IMG/VR virus record: IMGVR_UViG_3300032007_000017
Length of the DNA stretch: 64,000 nt
Strand: one strand, 5' to 3'
Source: a virus
Lineage: Duplodnaviria; Caudoviricetes
Both the position numbers and the translations under genes were made by a program. A model generated the notes under the pieces. It was given only the letters and a program-made list of their open reading frames with translations. It did not search any database and was not told the origin of the DNA. This document shows, one piece after another, positions 32,321-42,600 of the stretch (position 1 is its first letter; the number at the start of each line of letters is the position of its first letter).

Positions 32321-32389
32321 ATCCATTTCCTCCTTTATAGTGATAGAGTACTGCCAATACCCTACACTATTATAATATGTAACCAAATG

Positions 32390-33139
32390 CTAGATAACCC
32401 AAGGCAACTTAGCGAAGGATCCTTTCTCAACATCGTATGCATCGATGAGATCTTCTGCAATCGGGGTGGTAGTCCTAAATGCATTGGCTACAATTTCAGG
32501 AGTAAGAGAAATTAATTGCTTAACTATGGATACAGTAAGCACATTCGTTAAAATATTCTTAGAGTTATCAGCCATGAGATTATCACCCATGCGAATATCA
32601 ACAAAGTGCTTTATGCATCCACGGAAGTCAAGCAGATATACCTTAAGATCATCACCAGATATATCTTTCGGATCCTTCTCAAGAAAATCCATTCTCAAGA
32701 AGAAATTAATGATATTGAGATGATCATCAAAACTCATGCAATATACAGAGTTATTGTTGATATTGAAGAGCTTCCCAGGAGTAAGATTGGCATACAGGCC
32801 TTGATCCTCATTCTCAACAACAGGAGCTTTAATGCCATAGATATTAAAGCTCATGGTAAGAGGACGACCAACTCCAAATACAGCATTTCCGATGTTTACT
32901 TTTGAATACGGATCTTCGTCTCTAATAATAGAGAAAATCTTCCATCCTGGATTTCTCTGACTGAATGTCTTAATGATCAAATCATTATCGATTCTATCAG
33001 CGATCATACGTTTAAGGTCACCGCTAAAAGATTCATCAAATTTACTTGCTAGATTATTGAAAACCAGATAGCTTTCATTGCACACATATGTATGTGCTTC
33101 TTGCAGTGATGATACCATCTTCTTGACAAAATTAACCAT
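32390..33139 (-). CDS. Hypothetical protein
   Basis: About 249 aa in overlapping operon. Confidence 0.75.
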   Translation of the reverse strand: MVNFVKKMVSSLQEAHTYVCNESYLVFNNLASKFDESFSGDLKRMIADRIDNDLIIKTFSQRNPGWKIFSIIRDEDPYSKVNIGNAVFGVGRPLTMSFNIYGIKAPVVENEDQGLYANLTPGKLFNINNNSVYCMSFDDHLNIINFFLRMDFLEKDPKDISGDDLKVYLLDFRGCIKHFVDIRMGDNLMADNSKNILTNVLTVSIVKQLISLTPEIVANAFRTTTPIAEDLIDAYDVEKGSFAKLPWVI

Positions 33140-33482
33140 CTTCAAATCCTTTCTCTGTATCAACCAGATAATTTATCGCATTTGGATTATAGTCTCGGTT
33201 AAATCTTTTATACTTCTCTCTGAGGTACTCATCCTCACCAAAAGGATTGAATCTCCATCCAGAGTCTGTAAGTATAAATTTATCAGATGTAAATCCACAC
33301 TCCAAGCAATGGAAGACGGTAGAAGTATCGACAACAAAGTTGCTAGGTGCTCCATCTTCATCCACCATTGCGAAGATGCTATCGCTCTGTTTATAGGCTA
33401 ATGCAGCTTTAAAACATTGCGGGCAAACGCAAGGAGGAAGTTCCTTAAAAGGATGATAAAGTTTATTAGTATTTCTTGCCAT
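33132..33482 (-). CDS. Zinc-ribbon protein
   Basis: CPQC...CLECG. Confidence 0.7.
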   Translation of the reverse strand: MARNTNKLYHPFKELPPCVCPQCFKAALAYKQSDSIFAMVDEDGAPSNFVVDTSTVFHCLECGFTSDKFILTDSGWRFNPFGEDEYLREKYKRFNRDYNPNAINYLVDTEKGFEDG

Positions 33483-33487
33483 CTCTA

Positions 33488-33712
33488 TCACCTACCTGTC
33501 GGAAGTGTGTATTTCATCTTAGTGTCATCACCCTCAGCAACAATCTTCATATCAGAATATCTATTGCTGGGAGATGATGACATCTCAGTGAAGGATTTAC
33601 GAGATCCTTTGTAGTACACGGTTCCAATGTTGAATGTTTTACCCATCTGCTCTTGGATTTTCCTCATGAACTTTTCTTGTTCAGAGGAATAAAGGAAATA
33701 CTTATACGCCAT
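33488..33712 (-). CDS. Small hypothetical protein (MAYKYFLYSS...)
   Basis: GGAGG RBS before ATG 33712, overlapping the beta-N stop. Confidence 0.7.
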   Translation of the reverse strand: MAYKYFLYSSEQEKFMRKIQEQMGKTFNIGTVYYKGSRKSFTEMSSSPSNRYSDMKIVAEGDDTKMKYTLPTGR

Positions 33713-35678
33713 AAGGCATTCCTCCAACTTGACGGAATGGATAGTAATAAATCCCAGGCTCAACTGCTTCCATTGCAGTAAAGAGAATCTTTTGACAAGC
33801 AACAGCTTTCTCTTTCAATGTCTTAGCCTTAGTTTCACTACCCTTAATATTAAGTAATTTCCCTTTTGCATCGAAAAGCTGAAGTTCTCCATTGGCTTTG
33901 ATATAGTCGTCATAGAGATCTCTATACTTCTCTTCCCAGGTATCAGGTTCTTCATAGTCAGTAAAGTAACCATCAGTCATATGGTTAAACGGACTAATCA
34001 AACCAGTAACACCAGGATTATTATCTGAAGAAGCATCAAGGTCAATTCTGCCGACATGAGAAGGATGAACAAAACGAATAGATTCAGGAATACTATTGTT
34101 GTCATCTTCACCAATGCCAGAGATACCCTTCAAACTGAATTTCAATGCAAGCAAAGAGTCCATATCACTGACGATATTTCTATACGAAACAAGGTTCGAT
34201 TTCGAAATAGCCTTCAGAAGGTACATAGGATCAGTTCTGATAGCTCTCTTAATTGATTCAACAGTGATACGATTATTCTGATCAGAAACACGATTGATAC
34301 CACGTGCTACTTTATAGATATAGGTAGCAGCAACATACTGTCCGAAACGAATACGTTTGATACCTACATCATAATTGTCCTTCTTCTTCAGTTCTACGAA
34401 TTCTCTCATGATCCATCGAAGAACTGAATACATGTCTTCTTTACTTTCATCTTTAAGTCTCAGATCCTCTTTGGTAGCGATGTCATAAACGTTTTCGAAA
34501 GAATCTAAAATACTCATGCCTTTGTTGTACGTATCCGTAACAGCAGGATCACCGGCAAACATAGCTAAGTATTTGTCATTTCCGCAACGATTAAACTCGC
34601 CACCAAGAGTCCTAATCCAGAATTCCTTCTTAAAAACTAATCTATAGTCCATTCCTGGTATCAGGTTAGTAAAGATGCATGTAATGAATCCCTGTGTAAC
34701 AGGATCATTATCAGTTAAGTACTTATCAGCAATGACGTACAGTTTTCCTTCTTCTTTCTCGAAGCAATAAACTGATTCGTCAAGACAGGGTTTGTTAGAA
34801 ACAGCAACTCCATGAATTCCAAGGAATTTCATAGTTCCTTCAAATCCCATCTTTGCTAAGAAGTACTTATCAACGCAAACAGTCTTGTTGAAGATATTTG
34901 CTCTATAGTTTAAGAGTTTAATCTCTTCACCAGTCCTCATGTCAAATAAGCCTATCGTATAACGGAAGACTCGAGCGGCCATGAAGATGATCTTGAATGA
35001 GATATTCGGGATCTTACTGTTTGTGTAGTTATTATTGTAGGTAGAACCATCCACAATCTGGTAGAGAGTGGATCTCACAATACCATTGATTCTAAAGTAG
35101 TACTTGTCAATCACTCTCGGAACACAGATATATACATCGAATGATTCTTCAGAAACTACTTTACCAGCAGCCAGATCTTCAGGACGAATCGAAAGATTAT
35201 TCTCAAGATTAACTGCAACATGGTATGTCACAATCAGAAGTCTGATATCCGACTGATTCATATTGATGTATTCATATGGATTATCACGCTTCTTGGTCTT
35301 TGTCTTATTACGAGCAAGATACTCATAATAATTAAACATGATCTTCTTAATCTGATCATAGTCATCTACAACTCTAAACTTCTCCACTTCGATGGAGAAG
35401 TAGTTATTATGTCTTTCACAAGACTTAATAACCTTTTGGAGTTGATCCATAACTTCATCATCAGAACGCACAAAAAGATCAGGGTTAAATTGTTCTTTAT
35501 AGAACTGGTTGAATTGAGACAGAAACTGTCTCTGATTCATTGCATTGATAGGAGGCATATCAGGAGGCATAAACCTAGTCCTAGTTGTCTCCTCTACATA
35601 CTTCAAATAGTCTGTGACTACTTGATCAACTACTACTTTAGAAGTAGTTTCATTTTTCTTATTCTTCTTCGTCGCCAT
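33702..35678 (-). CDS. rpoB: RNA polymerase beta-like subunit, N-terminal half (non-virion RNAP)
   Basis: YFRINGIVRSTLYQI (cf. FIINGTERVIVSQL); IRFVHPSHVGRIDL...NPGVTGLI (cf. VRDVHPSHYGRIC...GPNIGLI). Confidence 0.88.
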   Translation of the reverse strand: MATKKNKKNETTSKVVVDQVVTDYLKYVEETTRTRFMPPDMPPINAMNQRQFLSQFNQFYKEQFNPDLFVRSDDEVMDQLQKVIKSCERHNNYFSIEVEKFRVVDDYDQIKKIMFNYYEYLARNKTKTKKRDNPYEYINMNQSDIRLLIVTYHVAVNLENNLSIRPEDLAAGKVVSEESFDVYICVPRVIDKYYFRINGIVRSTLYQIVDGSTYNNNYTNSKIPNISFKIIFMAARVFRYTIGLFDMRTGEEIKLLNYRANIFNKTVCVDKYFLAKMGFEGTMKFLGIHGVAVSNKPCLDESVYCFEKEEGKLYVIADKYLTDNDPVTQGFITCIFTNLIPGMDYRLVFKKEFWIRTLGGEFNRCGNDKYLAMFAGDPAVTDTYNKGMSILDSFENVYDIATKEDLRLKDESKEDMYSVLRWIMREFVELKKKDNYDVGIKRIRFGQYVAATYIYKVARGINRVSDQNNRITVESIKRAIRTDPMYLLKAISKSNLVSYRNIVSDMDSLLALKFSLKGISGIGEDDNNSIPESIRFVHPSHVGRIDLDASSDNNPGVTGLISPFNHMTDGYFTDYEEPDTWEEKYRDLYDDYIKANGELQLFDAKGKLLNIKGSETKAKTLKEKAVACQKILFTAMEAVEPGIYYYPFRQVGGMPYGV

Positions 35679-36324
35679 CTACTCTCGTCTCCCTATCACC
35701 ATAATTCAGAGGATAAGAAATCTCATGTCCCATAGGATTAGCAACATCATTTGTTGCATCAGACAGTGTCAGAGTAGCCTTGATGTCAAGAGCGTTACAA
35801 TATGTAACGAGTTTCTTAAGAGAAATAGAATCTTTCTTAAGAAGTCTCTTATCGTTTGGGAAATTAGACTGTCCAAAACGATAATCATAACTATCAAGAT
35901 CAATATGCTTTGCAACAATAGCTTCTTTCAAAGCAACCATTGCAGGTTCATCACTCTCACTAATAACTGGGACTGTAAGAGAGTTAATCGTAGTCAGAAT
36001 AGATCTCTCTTCTCGATTCAATCTATCCTGAGTAGCAATGACATCTCTAAGAGTTCTTGCTTCAGAGAAGTCAATAATATTAGACTGAGAGTATTCAGCA
36101 GTCTCATACTTAGTAGCAGGGGATTTGAACCAATCAAATCCAAGACCAAGACAATAGAGACCAGGACGAATATCATAATTGGGATTACGAATTGGATAAA
36201 CAAATCCATCGCCAGGCATAACGGCAATAGATTCAGGATATGTCAAGTATAATGCACGATTGTGACAAAACTCTTCATAGGTAACGACATCATAAAGAGC
36301 GTCACGAATCTTCATTTTCCTCAT
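35659..36324 (-). CDS. Hypothetical protein with XRE-like C-terminal HTH
   Basis: ISLKKLVTYCNALDI; overlaps the beta-N start. Confidence 0.65.
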   Translation of the reverse strand: MRKMKIRDALYDVVTYEEFCHNRALYLTYPESIAVMPGDGFVYPIRNPNYDIRPGLYCLGLGFDWFKSPATKYETAEYSQSNIIDFSEARTLRDVIATQDRLNREERSILTTINSLTVPVISESDEPAMVALKEAIVAKHIDLDSYDYRFGQSNFPNDKRLLKKDSISLKKLVTYCNALDIKATLTLSDATNDVANPMGHEISYPLNYGDRETRVDGDEEE

Positions 36325-36436
36325 TGTGTGTCGACTCCTTTTCAAAAAGTAAATGCGGGGGTGGGGTACACCCCCGCATCCTATTTTTTCTTAATTCACT
36401 GAAAATAAATCAAGTGTATTAAAAAGGAGCATCTTC

Positions 36437-37138
36437 TTAGGAAATGCGCAACTGGAAGATAGGCAGATACGGACTATTGCGAGACATTGCAGCCTTAGCA
36501 GCAACTGCCACGTCGTTCTTCTCAGTAGCATCATCGTTCTTAACGATCTGCTTGACAGAATAGCCAGGAACGATGGAGTATACCTTAACACCGCCCTCAA
36601 AGCTAACACTAGCCTCGAAGGTGGATTCCATCTTAAGGACAACCTCTTCCTCAGAATCGTTGGAGTTCGCATCGAGGAAGTTCTTGATCTGATTGATGAA
36701 CTCTGTTATGATACGAATCAGATCAGAGTTAGAGTCGCAATGCGTACGAATGTCAGTGAACAGTTCGGACTGAACGATCGTCAGGAATGCATCGCTGAAG
36801 GTATTCAGATTCTCATCACAACCTTCCATATCCTTCTCGTCGAAGGTCATGGAGAGAACCCAGTTACCCTCATCTTCGGAATCATCAACCGGAGGCTCAT
36901 AGTTGAGGATGGTGCCGATCACGAAGTTACCCTTATCATCATTAAAACTAAATCCAATCTTATGGACATTTTTCTTAGCATGATACTTAGTCATGAGTGC
37001 AAAGGAACGGAAGAAGACTCGATAGAGTCCACCGACCATGTACTCGGGGACAATCATACTATACTTATCCTTAAGCTTCGTACGGATGTCATTGTTCAGG
37101 GTGCAGTTCTTGTCATTCAAAAAATCGAATGTCTTCAT
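36437..37138 (-). CDS. Highly expressed early protein
   Basis: C-ending codon bias, AAGGAG RBS, early motif 37205-37213. Confidence 0.8.
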   Translation of the reverse strand: MKTFDFLNDKNCTLNNDIRTKLKDKYSMIVPEYMVGGLYRVFFRSFALMTKYHAKKNVHKIGFSFNDDKGNFVIGTILNYEPPVDDSEDEGNWVLSMTFDEKDMEGCDENLNTFSDAFLTIVQSELFTDIRTHCDSNSDLIRIITEFINQIKNFLDANSNDSEEEVVLKMESTFEASVSFEGGVKVYSIVPGYSVKQIVKNDDATEKNDVAVAAKAAMSRNSPYLPIFQLRIS

Positions 37139-37260
37139 AGTGGTACTACTCTCCTTACATCTTAAAAAATCTTATAATTAAACGATCTCTCGTTTAACCC
37201 AAATTAATAATATCTAGTTACTCTCGAGTTTAACCGTTTGTAATTTTTTACATTAACTTG

Positions 37261-39606
37261 TTATATCTGAGAAAGATACCAGTCAATGTTTTTACGAAAC
37301 TCCTCGATAGCAACTATCTTTGTTTGTGGGCCAATCTTAGTCAACTTAGTGCTGGTATATCCTGTATAAGGAACAATCAGCAAATCAGTTGCTTTGGTTA
37401 CACCAGATTTAGAATTAGCATCATAACCTCTTCTAACGAGATCATCTTCTAATGTCTTATCTCTGCAACCAGTCCATCTTATTTGTTTTTGTTTTACTCC
37501 ATAAGTGACCTGACAATTAGGCATATGCCTAATGATATTCAAATCCTCCATGAAATAAGGTCTTTCCTTAATGATGATATCAGCAGTCTTCTGTCCGATT
37601 CCTTTAATACAACGAAGTCTAAAGGAAAGATCATTCGGAGTAGAATTCATGATAGCATCAATAGGAACTTCTATCAAAATCTTTTTCCATGTCTCGGCAG
37701 CAATATCTGTAAAACCGAGAGCTCCTACCATACGATAGTCAGGAATAGGACTATTCAAGAATAATTCTCTGGCTTCTACAAAGTTCTTTGCATTACCAGG
37801 CCCTAACTTTAATGCAACATCTGCAGGTTGAATGGTAAGATAATCTTTAAAAGATCTCAACTTAAGTTTCTTTACTGCAGATTCTGCAAACCCTCTAATG
37901 GTTAATTTATCAAGCATATTGGCAACTCTAGAGATTTGTCTTTCAGGACAAGTAAAGTTAGGACAATATGCTGAATCTGCCGTACCATCATCCTTATAGA
38001 AGAATGTGAGCGGAGATCTACAGAAGGGACAAACAGTCGGAAAAGGTATTACTTGTCCAACATGTTCAAAATACTCATCGATATCATTATATCCACCAGG
38101 TCTCTTTGTAAGATAAGGCATTACATCATTCACATATGTGAGATAGACTGGATCACCTTCACAAAGAGCTAGGTCTTGAAATCTACCATAAGAGTGACAA
38201 GAAGATTTTGTATGAATAGTACCAATAAATTCCACAGGATCATAATGAGCCATCGGAATTACAATACCATTCTGTCCTACTTCAAAACTCCAACCTCTAA
38301 AGATAGATCTCTTTGTAAGTGGATTGAACTTAATTGCCATAGAGAATTGATCTACAGAGTTCTTGGTTCCAAGAATATCTCTAGCATTTTTATCTGCGAT
38401 ATGAACAACCACACCGTCATACATAAAGTTAGAGATCTCTCTCATAGACTCTGCTTCTTTTACAAACTCATATACTTGATATAGGACTGTATTATAGTCT
38501 CCTTCAATAACAGCATACGGAAGAGCAACATCTTTCGTATAATACTGATTCATGAACTTGACTTCATCTACAGGATCTATATCAAGAGAAGTCTTTAATG
38601 GAACTAATGTGATAAAGTCACGATACTTATAAGCATCGGTTCCTTTCATAATTCCAATGACTCCATTACGAGCATTCTTATAAGACTTTCCTTTAAGCCG
38701 TCCAACAATCTCAAGATTAGTCTTTGTAATGATACATTCAAAGAGCATACCAAAAGATTCTGTAACAGGAACAGCTCTAGGGAATTTATAATCTTTGAAG
38801 ATGACAGTCAGATCATCAGCAATATCTGTATTTGCATCACCTCTAGATCTGGCTCCATGAATTCTATCAGTAACTTCAGTTTCAACAGAGAATCCATCCA
38901 TCTTAAGCTCTACTAATAGCTTAATATGATTTGGATTTAAAGCTCCCATAGAAACTAGCTTACCTAAGAAATCTCGTTCAAAGATCTTAATTGTTGGATC
39001 ATTAAGAATATCTGGATTGCTTTCAAGAACTTCTTTGATAAGTGTAAACTTGCACTTATCGAGAGTTCCACTAAGCTTCCGATATCTTCTCTGTGCATTG
39101 ATTGTTACACTTCTATACTCTGGATAATCTTTAGGAGGTTTAATCTCATAGAAAGCAGGATTGACTGGAGGTTGATTGAATAATTGGTCTCTGAATATCC
39201 ACTGATCTACTGGCTTTCTAGATTCATCAATCAATTTGAATGGATAATAATACTGAGTAGCACTTGTAGTATTATTTCTCTCACTTGTATAATCAATAGG
39301 TACAAAATCTGCACCAACTTGATATACATCTGGATAGATTTGCTTATACATATTCATAAGCATATCATAAATTCCATCATCTACAAGTGGTTCTGCATCA
39401 AAGTTATTATAGATGATATTGAAGATTCTCATCAATGTATCGAGATCTTCATTATACTTATCGTCATAGGTATTATTCTTATATGCATCTAAAAGAAACA
39501 TTACAAAGTTTTGAATGATTCCTTTATTTGCATAAAGTTCTTCCATAACAGATCTATCACCGGCAAGCAATCGCTGGTGAGCTTGTTTAATGTCAAATGT
39601 TTGCAT
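37261..39606 (-). CDS. ligA: NAD-dependent DNA ligase
   Basis: ELKMDG, SRGD, DGVV, AIKF, VGQNG, Zn finger CPFC...CPNFTC, HhH, BRCT-like C-terminus. Confidence 0.93.
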   Translation of the reverse strand: MQTFDIKQAHQRLLAGDRSVMEELYANKGIIQNFVMFLLDAYKNNTYDDKYNEDLDTLMRIFNIIYNNFDAEPLVDDGIYDMLMNMYKQIYPDVYQVGADFVPIDYTSERNNTTSATQYYYPFKLIDESRKPVDQWIFRDQLFNQPPVNPAFYEIKPPKDYPEYRSVTINAQRRYRKLSGTLDKCKFTLIKEVLESNPDILNDPTIKIFERDFLGKLVSMGALNPNHIKLLVELKMDGFSVETEVTDRIHGARSRGDANTDIADDLTVIFKDYKFPRAVPVTESFGMLFECIITKTNLEIVGRLKGKSYKNARNGVIGIMKGTDAYKYRDFITLVPLKTSLDIDPVDEVKFMNQYYTKDVALPYAVIEGDYNTVLYQVYEFVKEAESMREISNFMYDGVVVHIADKNARDILGTKNSVDQFSMAIKFNPLTKRSIFRGWSFEVGQNGIVIPMAHYDPVEFIGTIHTKSSCHSYGRFQDLALCEGDPVYLTYVNDVMPYLTKRPGGYNDIDEYFEHVGQVIPFPTVCPFCRSPLTFFYKDDGTADSAYCPNFTCPERQISRVANMLDKLTIRGFAESAVKKLKLRSFKDYLTIQPADVALKLGPGNAKNFVEARELFLNSPIPDYRMVGALGFTDIAAETWKKILIEVPIDAIMNSTPNDLSFRLRCIKGIGQKTADIIIKERPYFMEDLNIIRHMPNCQVTYGVKQKQIRWTGCRDKTLEDDLVRRGYDANSKSGVTKATDLLIVPYTGYTSTKLTKIGPQTKIVAIEEFRKNIDWYLSQI

Positions 39607-39627
39607 ATAAACACTCCTTTCTCATAA

Positions 39628-39636
39628 TAATAATAT
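39628..39636 (-). promoter_or_regulatory. Early promoter motif ATATTATWA upstream of ligA (representative of 11 copies)
   Basis: Recurs upstream of RBSs of non-structural genes. Confidence 0.65.
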
Positions 39637-39681
39637 CTAATTTCAGAGTGTATTGAAGAGGGGATTGCTCCCCTCTTCAAA

Positions 39682-42600
39682 TCATTTCATAGCTTTTCCA
39701 ACAGCATTAATTGTTTGCAAAGTTCCATATGAAACCTGTTGATTGTTTTCTATAATAGCCTTTGCAAGTGCTGCTTCCTCATTATGACGATCAGTATCAC
39801 GTATCTGATTAATACGTTCAATCATTTCGTCCTGAGAAATATCAAACTCAAGCGGAGATCTCAAGAAAGGATACTTATACTTTCTATTGAACTCTGCCCT
39901 CTCCATAACTGCTTCATGATCAACATATTCACCATCCTGATATTCAATAAACGGATGATAATAGGTCTTATCAGAAGCAAAGAACTTAAAGGGATTTCTA
40001 AGGAAAGGTTGAGCTTTGATTTTAGGAATCTTCATGAACTTAAGAGCTAATCCAATTGTCTTTAGATAAGTCGAAAGGATTTCAGCTCCAATGTTTCGTG
40101 AATTGTTTTCAAGTTGAATGTCTACATTATATGGGTTGTTTGTCATTGCAGATTCACAAAGCATTCTAGCTTCAGGAGAAGAAGAATACAACATGAGAAC
40201 CTGAATTACCAAGTCAATACCCATATGGCTCAGATCACCTAATTCCATGTCTCCGAATCTAATCGGAGTTCTAGAGAATTGAGCCTTGTATACTTTACTA
40301 GCCTTATTACGACTATTCTCATTCTTGATATTAGTTGCAGAAAGACTAGTAACTGAGAATTTCTCTTCTGCATGCTGCTTCAATCTATAATAATACACAT
40401 ATCCGCAGACAACAGGACGACGAGAAGTGACATATCTAATATTTCCGTTGGAGTCTTCAAGAGGCATAAGAATATGCTCTTGCTGAATCCAAGGAAATGC
40501 GTGTTGTAAAGCTCTGATAGTCTCCAAAGAAGGAGTATCAGTGCCAGGATCTACATTGATATACAGCATTCCATCATCAATGATACTACTGATATATTGG
40601 GCAACTGTATCATCAGAAGCATTAGAGATAAACTCAGAAAGTACCTGATATTCTTTAGGAGATACAATCTGATAGAATGTCAGAATATTTCTGATATTAT
40701 CTTCAATACTACTAAATTCATTGCATAATGATTTTACGATATTTTTAGCCTTATGTGTGTAAGACAGTTCAAATAGCTGACCGCCATTTTCACGTCCGTA
40801 TACCATATTTTACAAATTATAATATTATAATTTATAAAATCTTTATCTATATTCGTTAGATATAGATATAGTCATATAGACTATCTCATACTTTCATATG
40901 AGTGGAGATCATTTGTTCATCCTATTTCTAGGAGTCGGATTTTTCGAACTCACTTAAGTCCTACTCTCCCGCAAGGAGATGACCGTTGAACCTTCACCAT
41001 TTTACAGGTGAGTGGCTGCTAAACACCCATTTACTATCATTTAGGATTTGACCATGTGATAATCCTAATCTCTTTTTTCTGCTTTCGCAACTATCACGCT
41101 TACTGTTTCCAGTTACGTTGTAGTGGATTAGGCTTTAGGGTTTCAAAGCAATTAACCCGAAGTACTTGCATATTACTATACAAGCAGTGCATACTTTAAT
41201 TTACACCACACATATTGACTTGAATATCAACAACTTCACCGTCATAGGTTTTAGGCATCAGATTATCGGGTTTAACCCTAGAAATGACACCTTTACCCCC
41301 ATAGCGGTTGGTCAACTTGTCGCCAGCACACGCTTTGATATTTTCAACAACGGTAATGGTGATTACAGTACCGGAGAATACCCTCTCATTCAAGAACTTA
41401 TCACCTTTCAGCTCTGCTTGACAATTGCTGTAAAGCTTCTGAAGGTCATAAGTCATAGATACATGAGATCCATCTCCACGATATTGATCTACTACATCAA
41501 CAATTTCTTGGCACATACGCATATGCTCTGCATGATACCTAGCAATCTGTTGATAGTAGATCTCATCAAAGACTTCAGGATTATTACATTGCACATCAAT
41601 ATCGACTACTTTACCAAAGACGGTAATCTTCTCGTCAGACATAAATGCAGTAGACAATCTATTGAAGTCTTGAGAATAGAATGCTTCTTCTTTTTTCTCT
41701 TTGCGAACAGCACAGAGAATATCATCTTTTGTCATCTCTCCAATATCAGGAAAGATCTTATAATTATTTGCATCGCCAAAGAGATTCAAAGGAATATCAT
41801 TTACGTTGAAAGTGATATTAAACTTATGGATCAAAGGAGATGCAAGCTTTTCAGAGGCTGATTCAGAGATAATGATAGAGTCTTCCATTGTCTCTTCAGA
41901 AGCATTGAAGAGAACGAGAAGATTCTTACCATCCATTCTGTTATTGTATTCATCAAATGCTCTTGATTTGTGAAGAACGGTTCCCTTAGGAACCCCTCCT
42001 CCAACTACAATAGCATCAAGCTCTGTATTATCATTGATGTATCCAAATGTTTCAGTAATATGCTGATATTCGGATCTTTCAATAACATCAAGCTTTTTAC
42101 CACTCTCATCTAAGAGAATGATATAGTAGTGATCATAAGGACGAGAACTATACTTAGGAATAATTCCTACTGCAGTATAATCCTGATCTGCTATTCTAAA
42201 AGAAGATGAATACTGACCAAACTGATTTTCAAAACCAGTAGATACATAGGGGACATCTGGATTACATAATGCCAATCTCTGCTCAAGGTTAGTTGAGAAC
42301 ATTAACTTCCGCACCATATTCTATAGTATTGTAAAATACTCTAGTTCCTAGTTCACTGAATCCCTACTAGTTTAATACTAGATTTCTTATACTAATATTT
42401 CCGGAAGTTACACAAAAATACTAATATAAGAGCGGAATTCTCCGAAGGCTTAAACTCCCATGTATGGATCATGGTACATAAACACAGCAAAGTATAGAGA
42501 ACTCTTTACTTATTTATGCTATGTCTTTAAGTAAGAGTGTTTCTCTTCCCTCGGAAGTAACTAGGGGTTGTTGATATGCCAAATTCCGTAAATTATAAGC

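Noticed and set aside
36437-37138. HU-like call from IVPGYSVKQIVK
   Set aside because: Only one short resemblance; left hypothetical.
39682-42317. ORFs 39682..40806 and 41196..42317 as independent genes
   Set aside because: Their ATGs are intron ends with no RBS; they are exons of one gene.
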